Origin: Oscillospiraceae bacterium
GTDB lineage: Bacteria; Bacillota; Clostridia; Oscillospirales; CAG-272
NCBI GenBank assembly: GCA_015063535.1
Contig: SVTY01000004.1
Span: 58,343-122,342, forward strand
Length of the DNA: 64,000 nt
Direction: 5' to 3'
Each line of letters begins with the position of its first letter. Positions within the stretch are counted from its first letter, which is position 1. The translations under genes and the position numbers were made by a program. Positions 26,619 through 37,180 of this stretch are shown here, in pieces. The notes under the pieces are model-generated. The model was not told the DNA's origin and ran no database searches. It was given only the letters and a program-made list of their open reading frames with translations.

Positions 26619-26912
26619 TCATACAGTTGGCACAGCACACTCGACCAGAAAATCTTCCAGTACATCGGGAAGTTGGTTCGGATCAAGCTGCTTTGCGGTG
26701 CAGAGGTCGGCAAGCCGTTCGATTTCCTCGAAGTCGGTGGAGACATCTGACACAAAGGCAATTTCTTCCTCGGTTGTTCGAACGCTGATGGCGTATGACA
26801 CGTAGGTGCCAAGCTCGTCCGAGTGAAGTGTTTCCTGTACCGGGACATACCGGTAGTGCGGCGTGCGCCGGAAAACAAGGTTGGGGTGTGAAGAATTGTG
26901 TTGTTTGGACAT
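26619..26912 (-). CDS. DUF6514-like protein
   Basis: C-terminal SDVSTDFEEIERLADLCTAKQLDPNQLPDVLEDFL pattern; RBS aggagg; hairpin ggggagct/agctcccc downstream. Confidence 0.65.
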   Translation of the reverse strand: MSKQHNSSHPNLVFRRTPHYRYVPVQETLHSDELGTYVSYAISVRTTEEEIAFVSDVSTDFEEIERLADLCTAKQLDPNQLPDVLEDFLVECAVPTV

Positions 26913-26993
26913 GAGTGGTCCCTCCTATAAAAATATATATTTGAGAACGCCTTGCGGCGCGGTCTCCATACTTAACAGCTATAAAAGAATAAA

Positions 26994-28760
26994 CCTGAAG
27001 GATTACCTATGATGATAGCTGTCGTGCTTTCTTCCAATATTCGGCGGATGATCCGAGACCGTGTGCTGGTGCGAAAGCCGGTCGGGATCGAGGCGGCTGG
27101 TAGTATGGATCTGCTGTTCACCGACAAAACGGGTACACTTACCGAGGGAAAAATGAGTGTCGGGGGAATTGTATTGTCCGACGGAAGCCGCTATGATTCT
27201 TACCGTGCCTTGCAAAAAAACGCCAAGGAGATCGCTGAATTGTATGCTCGCTCCTGTCGGCTGAATACAGCCTCACAATGGTCGGAGGGGGCGGTTTTGG
27301 GCGGAAATGCTACCGACCGTGCCCTGTTGGAGTCGGTTTCGGCGGGAAAGGGAGAAAGGCTCCCTCTTGTCCGAGCCCGCATTCCTTTTGACAGCACAAA
27401 AAAATTTTCGGCAGTTTCGGTGGGAGACGGTCGGCTCACCTTGGTTAAGGGAGCCCCCGAGCGTTTGCTACCGCATCTGCGGTACGCCTACGATCGGGAG
27501 GGGCGGATCGGTTCCTTTTCCGGCTGTGCCTATGAGCTGATGAAGCAGGTCAATGCCATGACCGCTTCCGGCGGACGGGTCATTTTTTTGGCAGAAGGCG
27601 ATCATTTGCCGGATCAAGCCGGCTTTGGAGAGTTGACTTTTCTTTGTGCCGTGCTTTTACAGGATCGGATCCGACCCGAAGCCAAGCGATCGGTCAGAGA
27701 GCTTCAGGGAGCGGGTGTTCGGGTGGTCATGATTACAGGAGACAATCGGGATACGGCAGGAAGCATTGCCAAGCAGTGCGGGATATTAGAGCACTCCACC
27801 GATCTGATCGTCACGGGAGAGGAGCTTGCCCATATGTCGGATGAGGAGCTGAAGCGATGTCTTCCCAGACTTGCGGTCGTAGCTCGGGCACTGCCTACTG
27901 ACAAGAGCCGATTGGTTCGGGTAGCGCAGGAAATGCAGCGTGTAGTGGGAATGACGGGAGACGGTATCAACGATGCCCCTGCCCTGAAGCGAGCCGATAT
28001 CGGCTTTGCTATGGGAACGGGGACCCGTGTGGCACAGGATGCGGGGGATATTATCATTTTAGACAACAATCTGTCCTCCATTGCCCGTGCGGTATTGTAT
28101 GGACGCAATATATTCAAAAGCATCCGTAAGTTCATCACCCTACAACTCACCATGAATTTTTGTGCTGTGGGTGTATCCATGATCGGACCCTTTGTGGGCA
28201 TTGATGCGCCTGTGACGGTGGTGCAGATGCTGTGGATCAACATTATCATGGACACCTTGGGTGGCTTGGCATTTGCGGGGGAAGCACCTCTGCCGTCCTG
28301 CATGAAGGAAAAGCCGAAGCGGCGGGAGGAGCCGATCCTGAATCGTTACATGATCAATCAGATCGTTCTGCTCGGCGGCTTTACCATCGGTTTGTATCTG
28401 ACCTTTTTGCTCTCTCCCACCTTTACCGTTTTATTTCGGAATACCCCCGATCAGCTCTGTCTTCTGACTGCCTTTTTTGCCCTTTTTATTTTTACCTCCG
28501 TGTTCAATTGCTTCAATTGCCGAACCGACCGCTTGCGGCTTTTTGCGGGGATCGGCGGCAATCGTACCTTTTTGCTGATTATGATCTTGGTCTGTGCCGT
28601 TCAGCTTTTGTTCGTCTATTTGGGAGGCACGGTGCTTCGCACCATGCCTCTTACCGCCGACGAGCTGGGGTATACCTTATTGACGGCACTGTCGGTCTTT
28701 CCGGCAGAGCTTCTCCGCAAGCTCCTTTGGCGCATACGGGGAAAAAAGCAAGGTTTTTGA
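26994..28760 (+). pseudogene. Ca2+-type P-type ATPase, 3' portion only (from M4 PEGLP onward), probably interrupted by the prophage
   Basis: PEGLPMMIAVVL from 26994 with in-frame TAA at 26982; DKTGTLT, KGAPE, MITGD, TGDGINDAPALK and the C-terminal TM helices present; actuator domain (TGES) and M1-M3 absent. Confidence 0.85.
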
Positions 28761-28810
28761 CCTCCATGTTACGAAATTTCACCTTCCGTGTTACTTTTTT
28801 GCTTACTCCG

Positions 28811-28839
28811 TTGACAAAATCGAAAAAACATATTATAAT
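28811..28839 (+). promoter_or_regulatory. Sigma-A promoter
   Basis: TTGACA, 17 bp, TATAAT. Confidence 0.8.
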
Positions 28840-28871
28840 TATGGTAAGATCAAAAAACGGAGGAAGCTTCA

Positions 28872-29894
28872 TTGAATTTCAAAACAGTTGGAAAATTGAC
28901 AGGAGTCCTTCTGCTGGCACTGCTGTGTCTTGCTGGCTGTAACCGAATGGGGAAGGGCACAGAGACCGAGGAGGAAACAGTCGTATATTATACGGTGACC
29001 TTTGATTCTCAAGGAGGAAGTGCGATTGACGCCGTACAGGTTCAGGGGGATCTGGTGATGTCAGTGCCGGCAGAGCCGAAGCGAGAGGGCTATCTGTTCG
29101 GCGGATGGCAGTATGAAGGAAGGATATGGGACTTTTCCTATGAGACCGTGGAGGGAGATATGACCCTGACGGCAAAATGGATCGATCCCGCTACCGTGTT
29201 TATATATGAAACAGTGGAGGGCAGTGAGGATGATATTGTACTGACTGAGGTCAAAAAGACCGAACTGACGAAGCTGGAGATCCCCAAAACGATCAGCGGA
29301 ATGACGGTAGTTGCTATCGGAGACGGCGTGTTTGAAAAATTTACGTCGGAAACGGTGGCAAGCATCACCGTGCCCGAAACGGTCACCTCTGTGGGAGACC
29401 GTGCCTTTGCAGAGCTTGGCAGTGTGGAATTGGAGATCAAGGGAGCCTTGACCTCTGTCGGAGAGAGTGCGTTTCTCGGCTGTACGGGCTTAAAGCGGAT
29501 CACGCTGGGTGAGGGCTTGACCGAGATTCCCGTGGAGGCGTTTGCCGATTGTACGGCACTGAAGGAATTTGTGTTGCCCAAGAGCGTGACCGCCATTCGG
29601 GAAAATGCTTTGGAGGGCTGTACTTCGGTCGTCACGGTTTTGCTGTACAGCGGCGTGACCGAGATCGAGGACAGTGCCTTTGATGATTGTACCGCACTCA
29701 AAACCGTCCTGTATGGCGGCAGTGAAGAACAGCTTGACGAATTGCTGGACGGAACACAGATTGCGGGTAAAAACGAGGCGTTTGAGGAAGCGGTATTTTT
29801 GCTGTATTCCGAGCAAAAGCCAACTGAAAAGACTGCCTATGACGGATATTGGCATTGGAATGAGAACGGAAAGGTCACCAAGTGGAGCACTTGA
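28872..29894 (+). CDS. Lipoprotein with InlB B-type repeat and BspA-type leucine-rich repeats
   Basis: Lipobox LAGC; TVTFDSQGGS...PKREGYLFGGW; repeats such as ITVPETVTSVGDRAF; TTG start. Confidence 0.85.
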   Translation: MNFKTVGKLTGVLLLALLCLAGCNRMGKGTETEEETVVYYTVTFDSQGGSAIDAVQVQGDLVMSVPAEPKREGYLFGGWQYEGRIWDFSYETVEGDMTLTAKWIDPATVFIYETVEGSEDDIVLTEVKKTELTKLEIPKTISGMTVVAIGDGVFEKFTSETVASITVPETVTSVGDRAFAELGSVELEIKGALTSVGESAFLGCTGLKRITLGEGLTEIPVEAFADCTALKEFVLPKSVTAIRENALEGCTSVVTVLLYSGVTEIEDSAFDDCTALKTVLYGGSEEQLDELLDGTQIAGKNEAFEEAVFLLYSEQKPTEKTAYDGYWHWNENGKVTKWST

Positions 29895-29917
29895 AATGAA
29901 GCAGGAGAGAGCAAATC

Positions 29918-31093
29918 ATGAGTAAAACGTGTAAAAAAACGGCATGCGCCAAAAAGACCTCCATCGGAGGTCAGGCGTTGATCGAAGGAATTATGATGCG
30001 GGGTCCCAAAAAGACCGCCATGGCGGTACGGAACCCCGAGGGAGAGATCGTCCTTGAACAATGGGAAACCAAATCGGTAACAAAGGCGAAGATCACCAAG
30101 CTTCCGATCATCCGAGGGGTTTTTGGATTTATCAACTCGATGGTGTTCGGCTATAAGTGCCTGATGCGGTCGGCAGAAATTGCGGGGCTGGAGGATGCGA
30201 TTGCAGAGGACGAAAAAAAAGCCCCTGCCAAGCAGGAGCCGAAAGAGAACACGACCCAACAGATACAGGCAGAGGTTGCCGAGACGGTGGAGGAGCCACC
30301 TGCTTCCGAAGCGATATCGGATGAGACAAACGGAGAAGAGGTGCCGATGACGGAGACCGTGCCAGAACAGAAAGTGGATGCAACCGAGAAAAAAGAGAGC
30401 TCGGCACTGATGACGGGGGTTATGATCGTCGCCACGGTGCTCGGTGTTGCCTTGGCGGTGGGGCTGTTTATTATGCTTCCCACCTTTCTGTACGGCTTGC
30501 TGGAGCGGTGGCTGCCCTTCCTGTCTCCCGACAATGCCGCCTTGGATTCTCTGCTCAAATCGGTCTTTGAGGGCATTTTGAAAATTGCGATCTTAGTAGT
30601 TTATATGCTGCTTGTATCCCGCATGAAGGAGATCAAGCGAACCTTCCAGTATCACGGAGCAGAGCATAAGACGATCTTCTGTTATGAGCATGAAAAGGAG
30701 CTGACTGTGGAGAATGTTCGGAACGAACGGCGCTTCCATCCCAGATGCGGAACCTCCTTTTTGATCCTGATGCTATTGGTTGGCATCTTTGTGGGCTTCT
30801 TTATTGACCCTCTGTTTATTCTGATCGGCGGTGTCGAGCTTTTGGAAGCGGGTTGGGTGTATACGGCGATCCGTGCGGCGGTAAAGCTGTTGCTGTTGCC
30901 GCTGACCATGGGGCTTGGCTATGAGCTGATCAAGCTGGCAGGAAGACACGACAATCTGTTCACCCGTATTATTTCCGCTCCCGGTATGTGGTTACAGCAT
31001 CTGACGGTGCTGGAGCCTACCGACGATATGATCGAATGCGCCATCACGGCATTCCGAGAGGTCATTCCCGAGGACGAGAGCGATCGGTATTAA
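29918..31093 (+). CDS. DUF1385 (YqhQ-like) membrane protein
   Basis: IGGQALIEGIMMRG, FQYHGAEHKTI, HPRCGTSF. Confidence 0.9.
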   Translation: MSKTCKKTACAKKTSIGGQALIEGIMMRGPKKTAMAVRNPEGEIVLEQWETKSVTKAKITKLPIIRGVFGFINSMVFGYKCLMRSAEIAGLEDAIAEDEKKAPAKQEPKENTTQQIQAEVAETVEEPPASEAISDETNGEEVPMTETVPEQKVDATEKKESSALMTGVMIVATVLGVALAVGLFIMLPTFLYGLLERWLPFLSPDNAALDSLLKSVFEGILKIAILVVYMLLVSRMKEIKRTFQYHGAEHKTIFCYEHEKELTVENVRNERRFHPRCGTSFLILMLLVGIFVGFFIDPLFILIGGVELLEAGWVYTAIRAAVKLLLLPLTMGLGYELIKLAGRHDNLFTRIISAPGMWLQHLTVLEPTDDMIECAITAFREVIPEDESDRY

Positions 31094-31096
31094 AGA

Positions 31097-31140
31097 CAAA
31101 AGAGCCGATGGCTTACAGATGTAAGCCATCGGCTCTTTTG
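31097..31140. terminator. Bidirectional terminator
   Basis: Long perfect inverted repeat caaaagagccgatggcttaca/tgtaagccatcggctcttttg between convergent genes. Confidence 0.9.
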
Positions 31141-31147
31141 TATGGGA

Positions 31148-33292
31148 TCAGTGATCGACGTGACCGTCGTCAGAATCCTCTTGCTTGGCTTCGTCCGAGG
31201 TGCCTTCGGGGGTGATTTCCTTCTCGGCTTGATCCGTTTGCTCGGAGGTGTCATCGGTGCCGGCAGATTCAACAGATTCGGCAGACCGTTCTGCCTCTTC
31301 CTGCTTTTTGCGCTCGGCAATTGCCTCCTGACGGCGACGTTCGTCATTTTCCTCACGGCTCTTCCGCTTCTTGGATTCGGTCATTTCCTCCAATTCCTCA
31401 AAGGTTGGATCACCGTTCATGGCGGCTTCGAACTGTTCGCCGTCCATGATCTCATTCTTCATCAGGAAATCAGCGACAAACTGCATCTTATCCCGATACT
31501 GGGTCAGAACAGCCTTTGCCCGCTCATACGCCTCAGTGATGATGGCATGGATCTCCTCATCAATCTTGGCGGCGGTGGCATCGGAATAATCCTGCGAGCT
31601 GGAGAAATCCCGTCCGAGGAATACCTCACCCTGACCAGAGCCAAAGCAACGGGGTCCCAACACATCGCTCATACCGAGCTGTGTCACCATCTTCTTGGCA
31701 ATATCGGTAGCACGTTGAATATCGTTGGAGGCACCGCCCGATACATCGCCGAATACCAGCTCCTCTGCGGCACGGCCGCCCAGCAGCATGGCGATCTTTT
31801 CCTTCATTTCTTCTTTATATACGCTGTATTTATCCTCCTTGGGGGGGTTCAGCGTATATCCTAAGGCGTTGCCGCTGGGAATGATCGAGATCTGCTGTAC
31901 GGGATCCATAGAGGGAAGAACATGAGCCAAAATCGCATGACCTGCTTCGTGAATGGCGGTCTTACGCATTTCTTCTTCCTTGCGGACACGGGTCTTTTTC
32001 TTCGGGCCTGCAATGATCTTGATATACGCGTCCTCAATATCCTCCATGCCGATCAGTGACTTTTTCCGCCGTGCCGCCAAGAGAGATGCCTCGTTGAGCA
32101 GATTGGCAAGATCGGCACCCGTAAAGCCCGCCGTGGTCTTTGCCACACGGGACAGGTCTACAGTTTCCTCCAAGGGCTTGTTTTTGGAGTGAACCTTCAG
32201 AATTTCCTCTCTGCCCTTGATATCGGGGTAGTTGACCGTGATCTGACGGTCAAAGCGTCCGGGACGGAGCAGAGCGGGGTCGAGAATATCGGGACGGTTG
32301 GTTGCGGCAATGACGATGATACCGTCATGCGAGCCGAAGCCGTCCATTTCTACCAACAACTGATTCAGTGTCTGTTCCCGCTCATCGTGACCGCCGCCCA
32401 GTCCTGCGCCTCTGTGGCGTCCCACGGCGTCGATCTCGTCAATAAAGATGATGGAAGCGGGAGCCTTACGGGCGTTTTCAAACAGGTCACGCACACGGGA
32501 GGCACCGACACCGACATACATTTCCACAAAATCTGAGCCGGAGATGGAGAAGAAGGGAACTCCCGCCTCTCCCGCAACCGCCTTGGCTAGCAGGGTCTTA
32601 CCCGTACCGGGAGGGCCGACCAACAGAACACCGTGGGGGATCCGTGCACCCAGCTTGCAGAAGCGAGCGGGATCCTTCAGAAATTCCACGATCTCCTCCA
32701 GCTCCTCCTTTTCCTCGTCGGCACCTGCCACATCACGGAACAGCACCCGATCCTTGTTCATATCGGCGGTCTTGACCCGTGCCTTGCCGAAGTTCATCAT
32801 CTTACCGGCACCGCCCTTGCCGCTTGCCGCTTGCTTGGCAATGACAATATAAAGCACCACGATGATAACAATGACGATGATATACGGCAGGAATGCCACC
32901 CAAATGGGCGTGGTCGCCTCAGGCAGGATATCGCAATCTTCCAGATTGATATTTTGATTGGTCTCGTAATATTTGCTGAACTCATCGGTGAAGTCGATAT
33001 AGGTGGGAAGCTGGAAGCCGATGGTCTTAGTCGCCGTATCGGGAAGCAGAGCACCCTCCCCGTCAACAGGGAGCTTTCCGTTTTCGTCCAGCGTATAGAC
33101 CTTCATGGTGATGTAATAGCTGTCATCTACCACAAAGTCGATCACCGCATCCTCTTGAAAATAGTGGACTACATCGCCATAGGTAATGATCTCTTCCTCC
33201 TCCGCCTGACGGAACATAAAGGACAGAGCCACAAAGATGGCGAGAATGAGTACAAAATAAAAGATCAGAATTTTAAAATTACTTTTTTTCAT
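31148..33292 (-). CDS. ftsH: ATP-dependent zinc metalloprotease FtsH
   Basis: Two TMs, [39 protein letters not shown]. Confidence 0.98.
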   Translation of the reverse strand: MKKSNFKILIFYFVLILAIFVALSFMFRQAEEEEIITYGDVVHYFQEDAVIDFVVDDSYYITMKVYTLDENGKLPVDGEGALLPDTATKTIGFQLPTYIDFTDEFSKYYETNQNINLEDCDILPEATTPIWVAFLPYIIVIVIIVVLYIVIAKQAASGKGGAGKMMNFGKARVKTADMNKDRVLFRDVAGADEEKEELEEIVEFLKDPARFCKLGARIPHGVLLVGPPGTGKTLLAKAVAGEAGVPFFSISGSDFVEMYVGVGASRVRDLFENARKAPASIIFIDEIDAVGRHRGAGLGGGHDEREQTLNQLLVEMDGFGSHDGIIVIAATNRPDILDPALLRPGRFDRQITVNYPDIKGREEILKVHSKNKPLEETVDLSRVAKTTAGFTGADLANLLNEASLLAARRKKSLIGMEDIEDAYIKIIAGPKKKTRVRKEEEMRKTAIHEAGHAILAHVLPSMDPVQQISIIPSGNALGYTLNPPKEDKYSVYKEEMKEKIAMLLGGRAAEELVFGDVSGGASNDIQRATDIAKKMVTQLGMSDVLGPRCFGSGQGEVFLGRDFSSSQDYSDATAAKIDEEIHAIITEAYERAKAVLTQYRDKMQFVADFLMKNEIMDGEQFEAAMNGDPTFEELEEMTESKKRKSREENDERRRQEAIAERKKQEEAERSAESVESAGTDDTSEQTDQAEKEITPEGTSDEAKQEDSDDGHVDH

Positions 33293-33319
33293 CAGGTTCC
33301 TCCGCAAAATAATAAGCGA

Positions 33320-33871
33320 TTAGCGACCGCCCCAAACCTCAGGCTTGAGGATCCCCACAAAGGGAAGATTTCGGTATTTTTCGTTATAGTCCAAGCCGAA
33401 TCCGACCACAAAACGATCGGGAATGACCGCACCGCAATAATCGGGTGTAAAGTCTACCGTGCGGCGGTCCGGTTTATCCAAGAGGGTACAGGTCTTAACG
33501 CTTGCTGCACCCCGCTCGGCAAGATAGCGGGTTAAATGAGACAGTGTTCTGCCGCTGTCCACAATATCCTCAATGATCAGAAAATCGACCTCGGCGAGAT
33601 CGTCCCGCTTGATGTCCAAATGGATGTTGATGACACCCGAGGAGGTGGTTTTTGCTCCATAGGAGGAGACCTTCATAAATTCGATCTCTGCCGGGAGCGT
33701 GATTTTCTTCATCAGCTCGGAGGTGAACATCAAGGAACCCTTGAGAATGCAGATCAACACCAGTTTTTTGTTGCTTTCTGCATAGTCACGGTTGATCTCG
33801 TCGGCAATTCGTGAGGTGATGCGGTCGATCTCCTCAGCGCTTACCAAAACGCTTTCAATGTCTTGTATCAT
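33320..33871 (-). CDS. hpt: Hypoxanthine phosphoribosyltransferase
   Basis: ILKGS, IIEDIVDSGRT, FVVGFGLDY; tilS-hpt-ftsH synteny. Confidence 0.97.
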   Translation of the reverse strand: MIQDIESVLVSAEEIDRITSRIADEINRDYAESNKKLVLICILKGSLMFTSELMKKITLPAEIEFMKVSSYGAKTTSSGVINIHLDIKRDDLAEVDFLIIEDIVDSGRTLSHLTRYLAERGAASVKTCTLLDKPDRRTVDFTPDYCGAVIPDRFVVGFGLDYNEKYRNLPFVGILKPEVWGGR

Positions 33872-33901
33872 ACTTGTTAGCCTTTCCTTTTTCTTTTTCG
33901 G

Positions 33902-35296
33902 TCATTCGCTTTTTTCGCGGAAAACGATCTGTACCGCAAGGACGGATGAATTTCCATGTGGCACACTACTGTCCCGTATTCCGATACAGGGAACGGCAAC
34001 GATGCCGCAATCGTCACAGAATACGGGAAGCCGAGTGCGGAGCGAAAGAGGGATCTTTTTTTCGCACATCAGCTTTTTGACACTCTTGTGCATTCCGCTC
34101 ATTTTGATTCGGTCACCTGCCATTCGATTCCGAACGAACAGATTCCCCTCTATTGTAGCAGAATCAAGAGACATCCGTATTGAATTTTTGTAAATATTTT
34201 TCGTTTTATGTGAAGATTCTATGATAATTTCGCAGTTGGTCTGTGAAATCACCGTTTTCTCCTCCGTCAAAGGAACAGAATAGGGAATCGGCTCCCACTG
34301 CTCGGCGGCGTTCCGAAACGCCAGCCAACCGTCCTCGATCACCGCTTCGATGCCGTGAGGCAAGGAAAGGCGGGAATGGGGAACCGCTTGCTCGGACAGA
34401 CGGCACAGCGCCAAAACATGAGTGTCCTCCAAGGCACCTCCACCCGAGATCTCCCGATACAGGGACATCAGCGCCCGATGAACGATGGCGTCGGGAGAGC
34501 CGTTCAGCTTTTCGATCTCCAGCGCATTCCCCCTTCGCAGCTCCTCCAAGAACATGGTCGCCATGCTGTCCAAACACAGCGCATCCGAACGAAGATGTCT
34601 TGACAGACGTGCGGCGCTTTGCGCCGCCTTTGGCTGAATGGCACGCAGAGCGGGAAGAACCTCGGCACGGAGACGGTTGCGGGTATAGTCGGTATCGGTA
34701 TTGGTGCTGTCGGTTACATAAGACAGACCGTATTTTTTACAATAGGAAAGAATGTCCTCACGGGTCAGAGACAGAATGGGGCGAACCAATACGCCTCCCT
34801 CACAGGTGCGTGTGACGGGGATCCCGCAAATTCCGTTGAGCCCGCTGCCCCGAAGCAAATGGAACAGCATCGTTTCCAAATTATCCTCGGCATTATGCGC
34901 CGTAGCCAGCAGAGGAATCCTATGCTGTTGCATGATCTCGTCAAAAAATCGGTAACGAACGGCTCTTGCCGTGGTCTCAATGCTCTCGCCGCTCTCCTTT
35001 GCCAGCTTGGGAACCTCTGCATGAAGAACAAAAAGGCGAATGCCCAAGCCATCGGCAACCGTGCGGCAAAATTCCTCATCCCGATCGGCTTCTGCTCCCC
35101 GAATGCCATGGTTTACGTGAGCGGCATAGAGTTCTGCTCCGTGCCGATGGGCATATCCGCAAAGCATATGGAGCAAAGCGGTGGAATCGGGGCCGCCCGA
35201 ATAGGCGACCAAAAGGGGAGAGGTCTCGGACAGTCCCGTCAGTGTAGCGGGAGAAACAAAGCCCGCTGGGAGCGAAGAAGGAAACAACTCATTCAT
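33902..35296 (-). CDS. tilS: tRNA(Ile)-lysidine synthetase
   Basis: SGGPDS PP-loop, ATAHNAEDNLET, DSTN...TRNRLR. Confidence 0.96.
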   Translation of the reverse strand: MNELFPSSLPAGFVSPATLTGLSETSPLLVAYSGGPDSTALLHMLCGYAHRHGAELYAAHVNHGIRGAEADRDEEFCRTVADGLGIRLFVLHAEVPKLAKESGESIETTARAVRYRFFDEIMQQHRIPLLATAHNAEDNLETMLFHLLRGSGLNGICGIPVTRTCEGGVLVRPILSLTREDILSYCKKYGLSYVTDSTNTDTDYTRNRLRAEVLPALRAIQPKAAQSAARLSRHLRSDALCLDSMATMFLEELRRGNALEIEKLNGSPDAIVHRALMSLYREISGGGALEDTHVLALCRLSEQAVPHSRLSLPHGIEAVIEDGWLAFRNAAEQWEPIPYSVPLTEEKTVISQTNCEIIIESSHKTKNIYKNSIRMSLDSATIEGNLFVRNRMAGDRIKMSGMHKSVKKLMCEKKIPLSLRTRLPVFCDDCGIVAVPCIGIRDSSVPHGNSSVLAVQIVFREKSE

Positions 35297-35302
35297 GAAC
35301 AG

Positions 35303-36637
35303 CTATTCCTCTATGTTGGTTTCAATAGAGCGGAACTTGGTATACCGTCCGATCCATCCTACCTTTACGGTACCTTGGGAGCCGTGACGGTTTTTGGCGA
35401 TGATGATCTCGGCAATATTTCCTTCCTCATTGCGGGCATCAGCATCGTAATATTCATCACGGTACAGGAAGATGACCGTATCCGCATCCTGCTCGATAGA
35501 ACCCGATTCACGCAGGTCGGACAGCATAGGACGCTTGTCGGTTCGGCTTTCGGGACCGCGGGAGAGCTGAGAACAGCAAATGATCGGAACATTCAGCTCC
35601 TTTGCCATGATCTTCAGTCCGCGGGAGATTTCCGCTACCTCCTGCACACGGTTGTCGGTGCGGCGATCGCTCTGCATCAGCTGAAGGTAGTCGATCACGA
35701 CCAGCCCTAAGTTTTGGATGCGGCGCAGCTTTCCCTTCATGCCCGAAACAGTGATGCCGGAGGTGTCGTCGATGAGCATATTACAGCCTGCCAGCTTGGT
35801 GGTAGCCCCCGCAATATCCTCCCACTGCTTGTTATCCAGCTTTCCCGTGCGCAGGGCATAGCTGTCTACCATTGCCTCACTGGAGATCACACGGGTGACC
35901 AATTGCTCGGCAGACATTTCCAAGGAGAAAATACAGACATTTTTGCCGGTCTGCAACGCCACATTGGTGGCGATATTCAGACAGAAGGAGGTCTTTCCCA
36001 TACCGGGACGTGCACCCACCAAAATGAGGTCAGAGTTTCCCATCCCGGCAAGCACGTTGTCAATACCCGAAAAGCCGGTCTTGGTTCCTTGTGCGGAGGA
36101 GCCTTCCTCTGCCAGTGTATGCAGATTGCTGTACACATTCCCAATTACCTCCCGAATATGGCGGAAGCTCTTGGTATCCCGCCCTTGGGCAATATCGAAA
36201 ATGGTAGCGGAGGCGTAGTCGATCAGCTCCTCTGTGGAGCCCTCCTCACTGTATGCCTTCTCCGAAATATCGGTACAGGCACCGATCAGCTGACGCAAAC
36301 GGCTTTTACTCTTGACAATGGCAGCGTAGTCCTTGACGTTCAGCGCATTGGAGACCGACCGATACAGAGAACGGATGTAATCCTCTCCCCCCGATTTGCT
36401 GTAGATGCCCTTGGTGACCAGCATATCGATCAGCGTGACCACATCGATCTCCTTGTTGATGAGAAAAAGCTCCTGCATGGCGGTGAAGATCTGGGTATGC
36501 TCGCTCAGATAAAAATCCGAGGGAGCGATCAGCTCGGTGATATCGCTCAGTGCTTCCGGATCCACCAAGATCGAACCCAAAAGCGATTGCTCGGCGATCA
36601 GTGAAAAGGGAAGCTTCCTTGTAAGTTCGTCATTCAT
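35303..36637 (-). CDS. dnaB: Replicative DNA helicase
   Basis: GARPGMGKT, FSLEM, IDYLQL, DLRESGSIEQDAD, KNRHG. Confidence 0.98.
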   Translation of the reverse strand: MNDELTRKLPFSLIAEQSLLGSILVDPEALSDITELIAPSDFYLSEHTQIFTAMQELFLINKEIDVVTLIDMLVTKGIYSKSGGEDYIRSLYRSVSNALNVKDYAAIVKSKSRLRQLIGACTDISEKAYSEEGSTEELIDYASATIFDIAQGRDTKSFRHIREVIGNVYSNLHTLAEEGSSAQGTKTGFSGIDNVLAGMGNSDLILVGARPGMGKTSFCLNIATNVALQTGKNVCIFSLEMSAEQLVTRVISSEAMVDSYALRTGKLDNKQWEDIAGATTKLAGCNMLIDDTSGITVSGMKGKLRRIQNLGLVVIDYLQLMQSDRRTDNRVQEVAEISRGLKIMAKELNVPIICCSQLSRGPESRTDKRPMLSDLRESGSIEQDADTVIFLYRDEYYDADARNEEGNIAEIIIAKNRHGSQGTVKVGWIGRYTKFRSIETNIEE

Positions 36638-36682
36638 GACAGTTGAGTTTCCTTTCCTTTTATGGTTTTTCGGAAATCAGGA

Positions 36683-37132
36683 TCATTCCTTGCCGCATAC
36701 CTCAATTTGGATCTTTCCCACCACATCGGTAAACAAACGCACCTCGGCAGAAAAGGTACCGAAGGACTTGATGGGGGTGGCAAGCGTGATCTTTCGCTTG
36801 TCGATCTCAATATTGTGTTCCTTTTTCAAGGTCTCGGCGATCTCCTTGGAGGTAACCGATCCGTACAAACGCTTGTCGGGACCTGCGGCATAAACGAATT
36901 TTACTACAATGGATTCCAGACGCTTGGCGATATCCTGTGCGTTCTGCTTCTCAACCTCCAGCTTGTGCGCTTTGGAGGCTTCCTTGTTCTTTACCTCATT
37001 CATAGCTTTGGAGTCGGCGATGATTGCCAGCTTCTTGGGAAGAAGGAAGTTGCGTGCGTATCCGTCGGATACCTCTACGACCTGATCTTTCTTTCCCTGT
37101 CCCTTTACATCGGCTGTTAAAATTACTTTCAT
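36683..37132 (-). CDS. rplI: 50S ribosomal protein L9
   Basis: [15 protein letters not shown]...GYARNFLLP. Confidence 0.98.
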   Translation of the reverse strand: MKVILTADVKGQGKKDQVVEVSDGYARNFLLPKKLAIIADSKAMNEVKNKEASKAHKLEVEKQNAQDIAKRLESIVVKFVYAAGPDKRLYGSVTSKEIAETLKKEHNIEIDKRKITLATPIKSFGTFSAEVRLFTDVVGKIQIEVCGKE

Positions 37133-37180
37133 GGATATTTTTCCTTTCTTGCAGCCGCAATTCTGTGCGGCAGTGGTTTT

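Larger units (their letters stand above)
1..26995 (+). mobile_element. Prophage (podovirus-like, P22-type portal/capsid module); left part outside the window
   Basis: Co-oriented + strand run of Cro/XRE, Rep, terminase, portal, scaffold, capsid, tail and giant internal virion genes. Right end placed where the interrupted P-type ATPase homology (PEGLP) begins at 26994. Confidence 0.92.
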
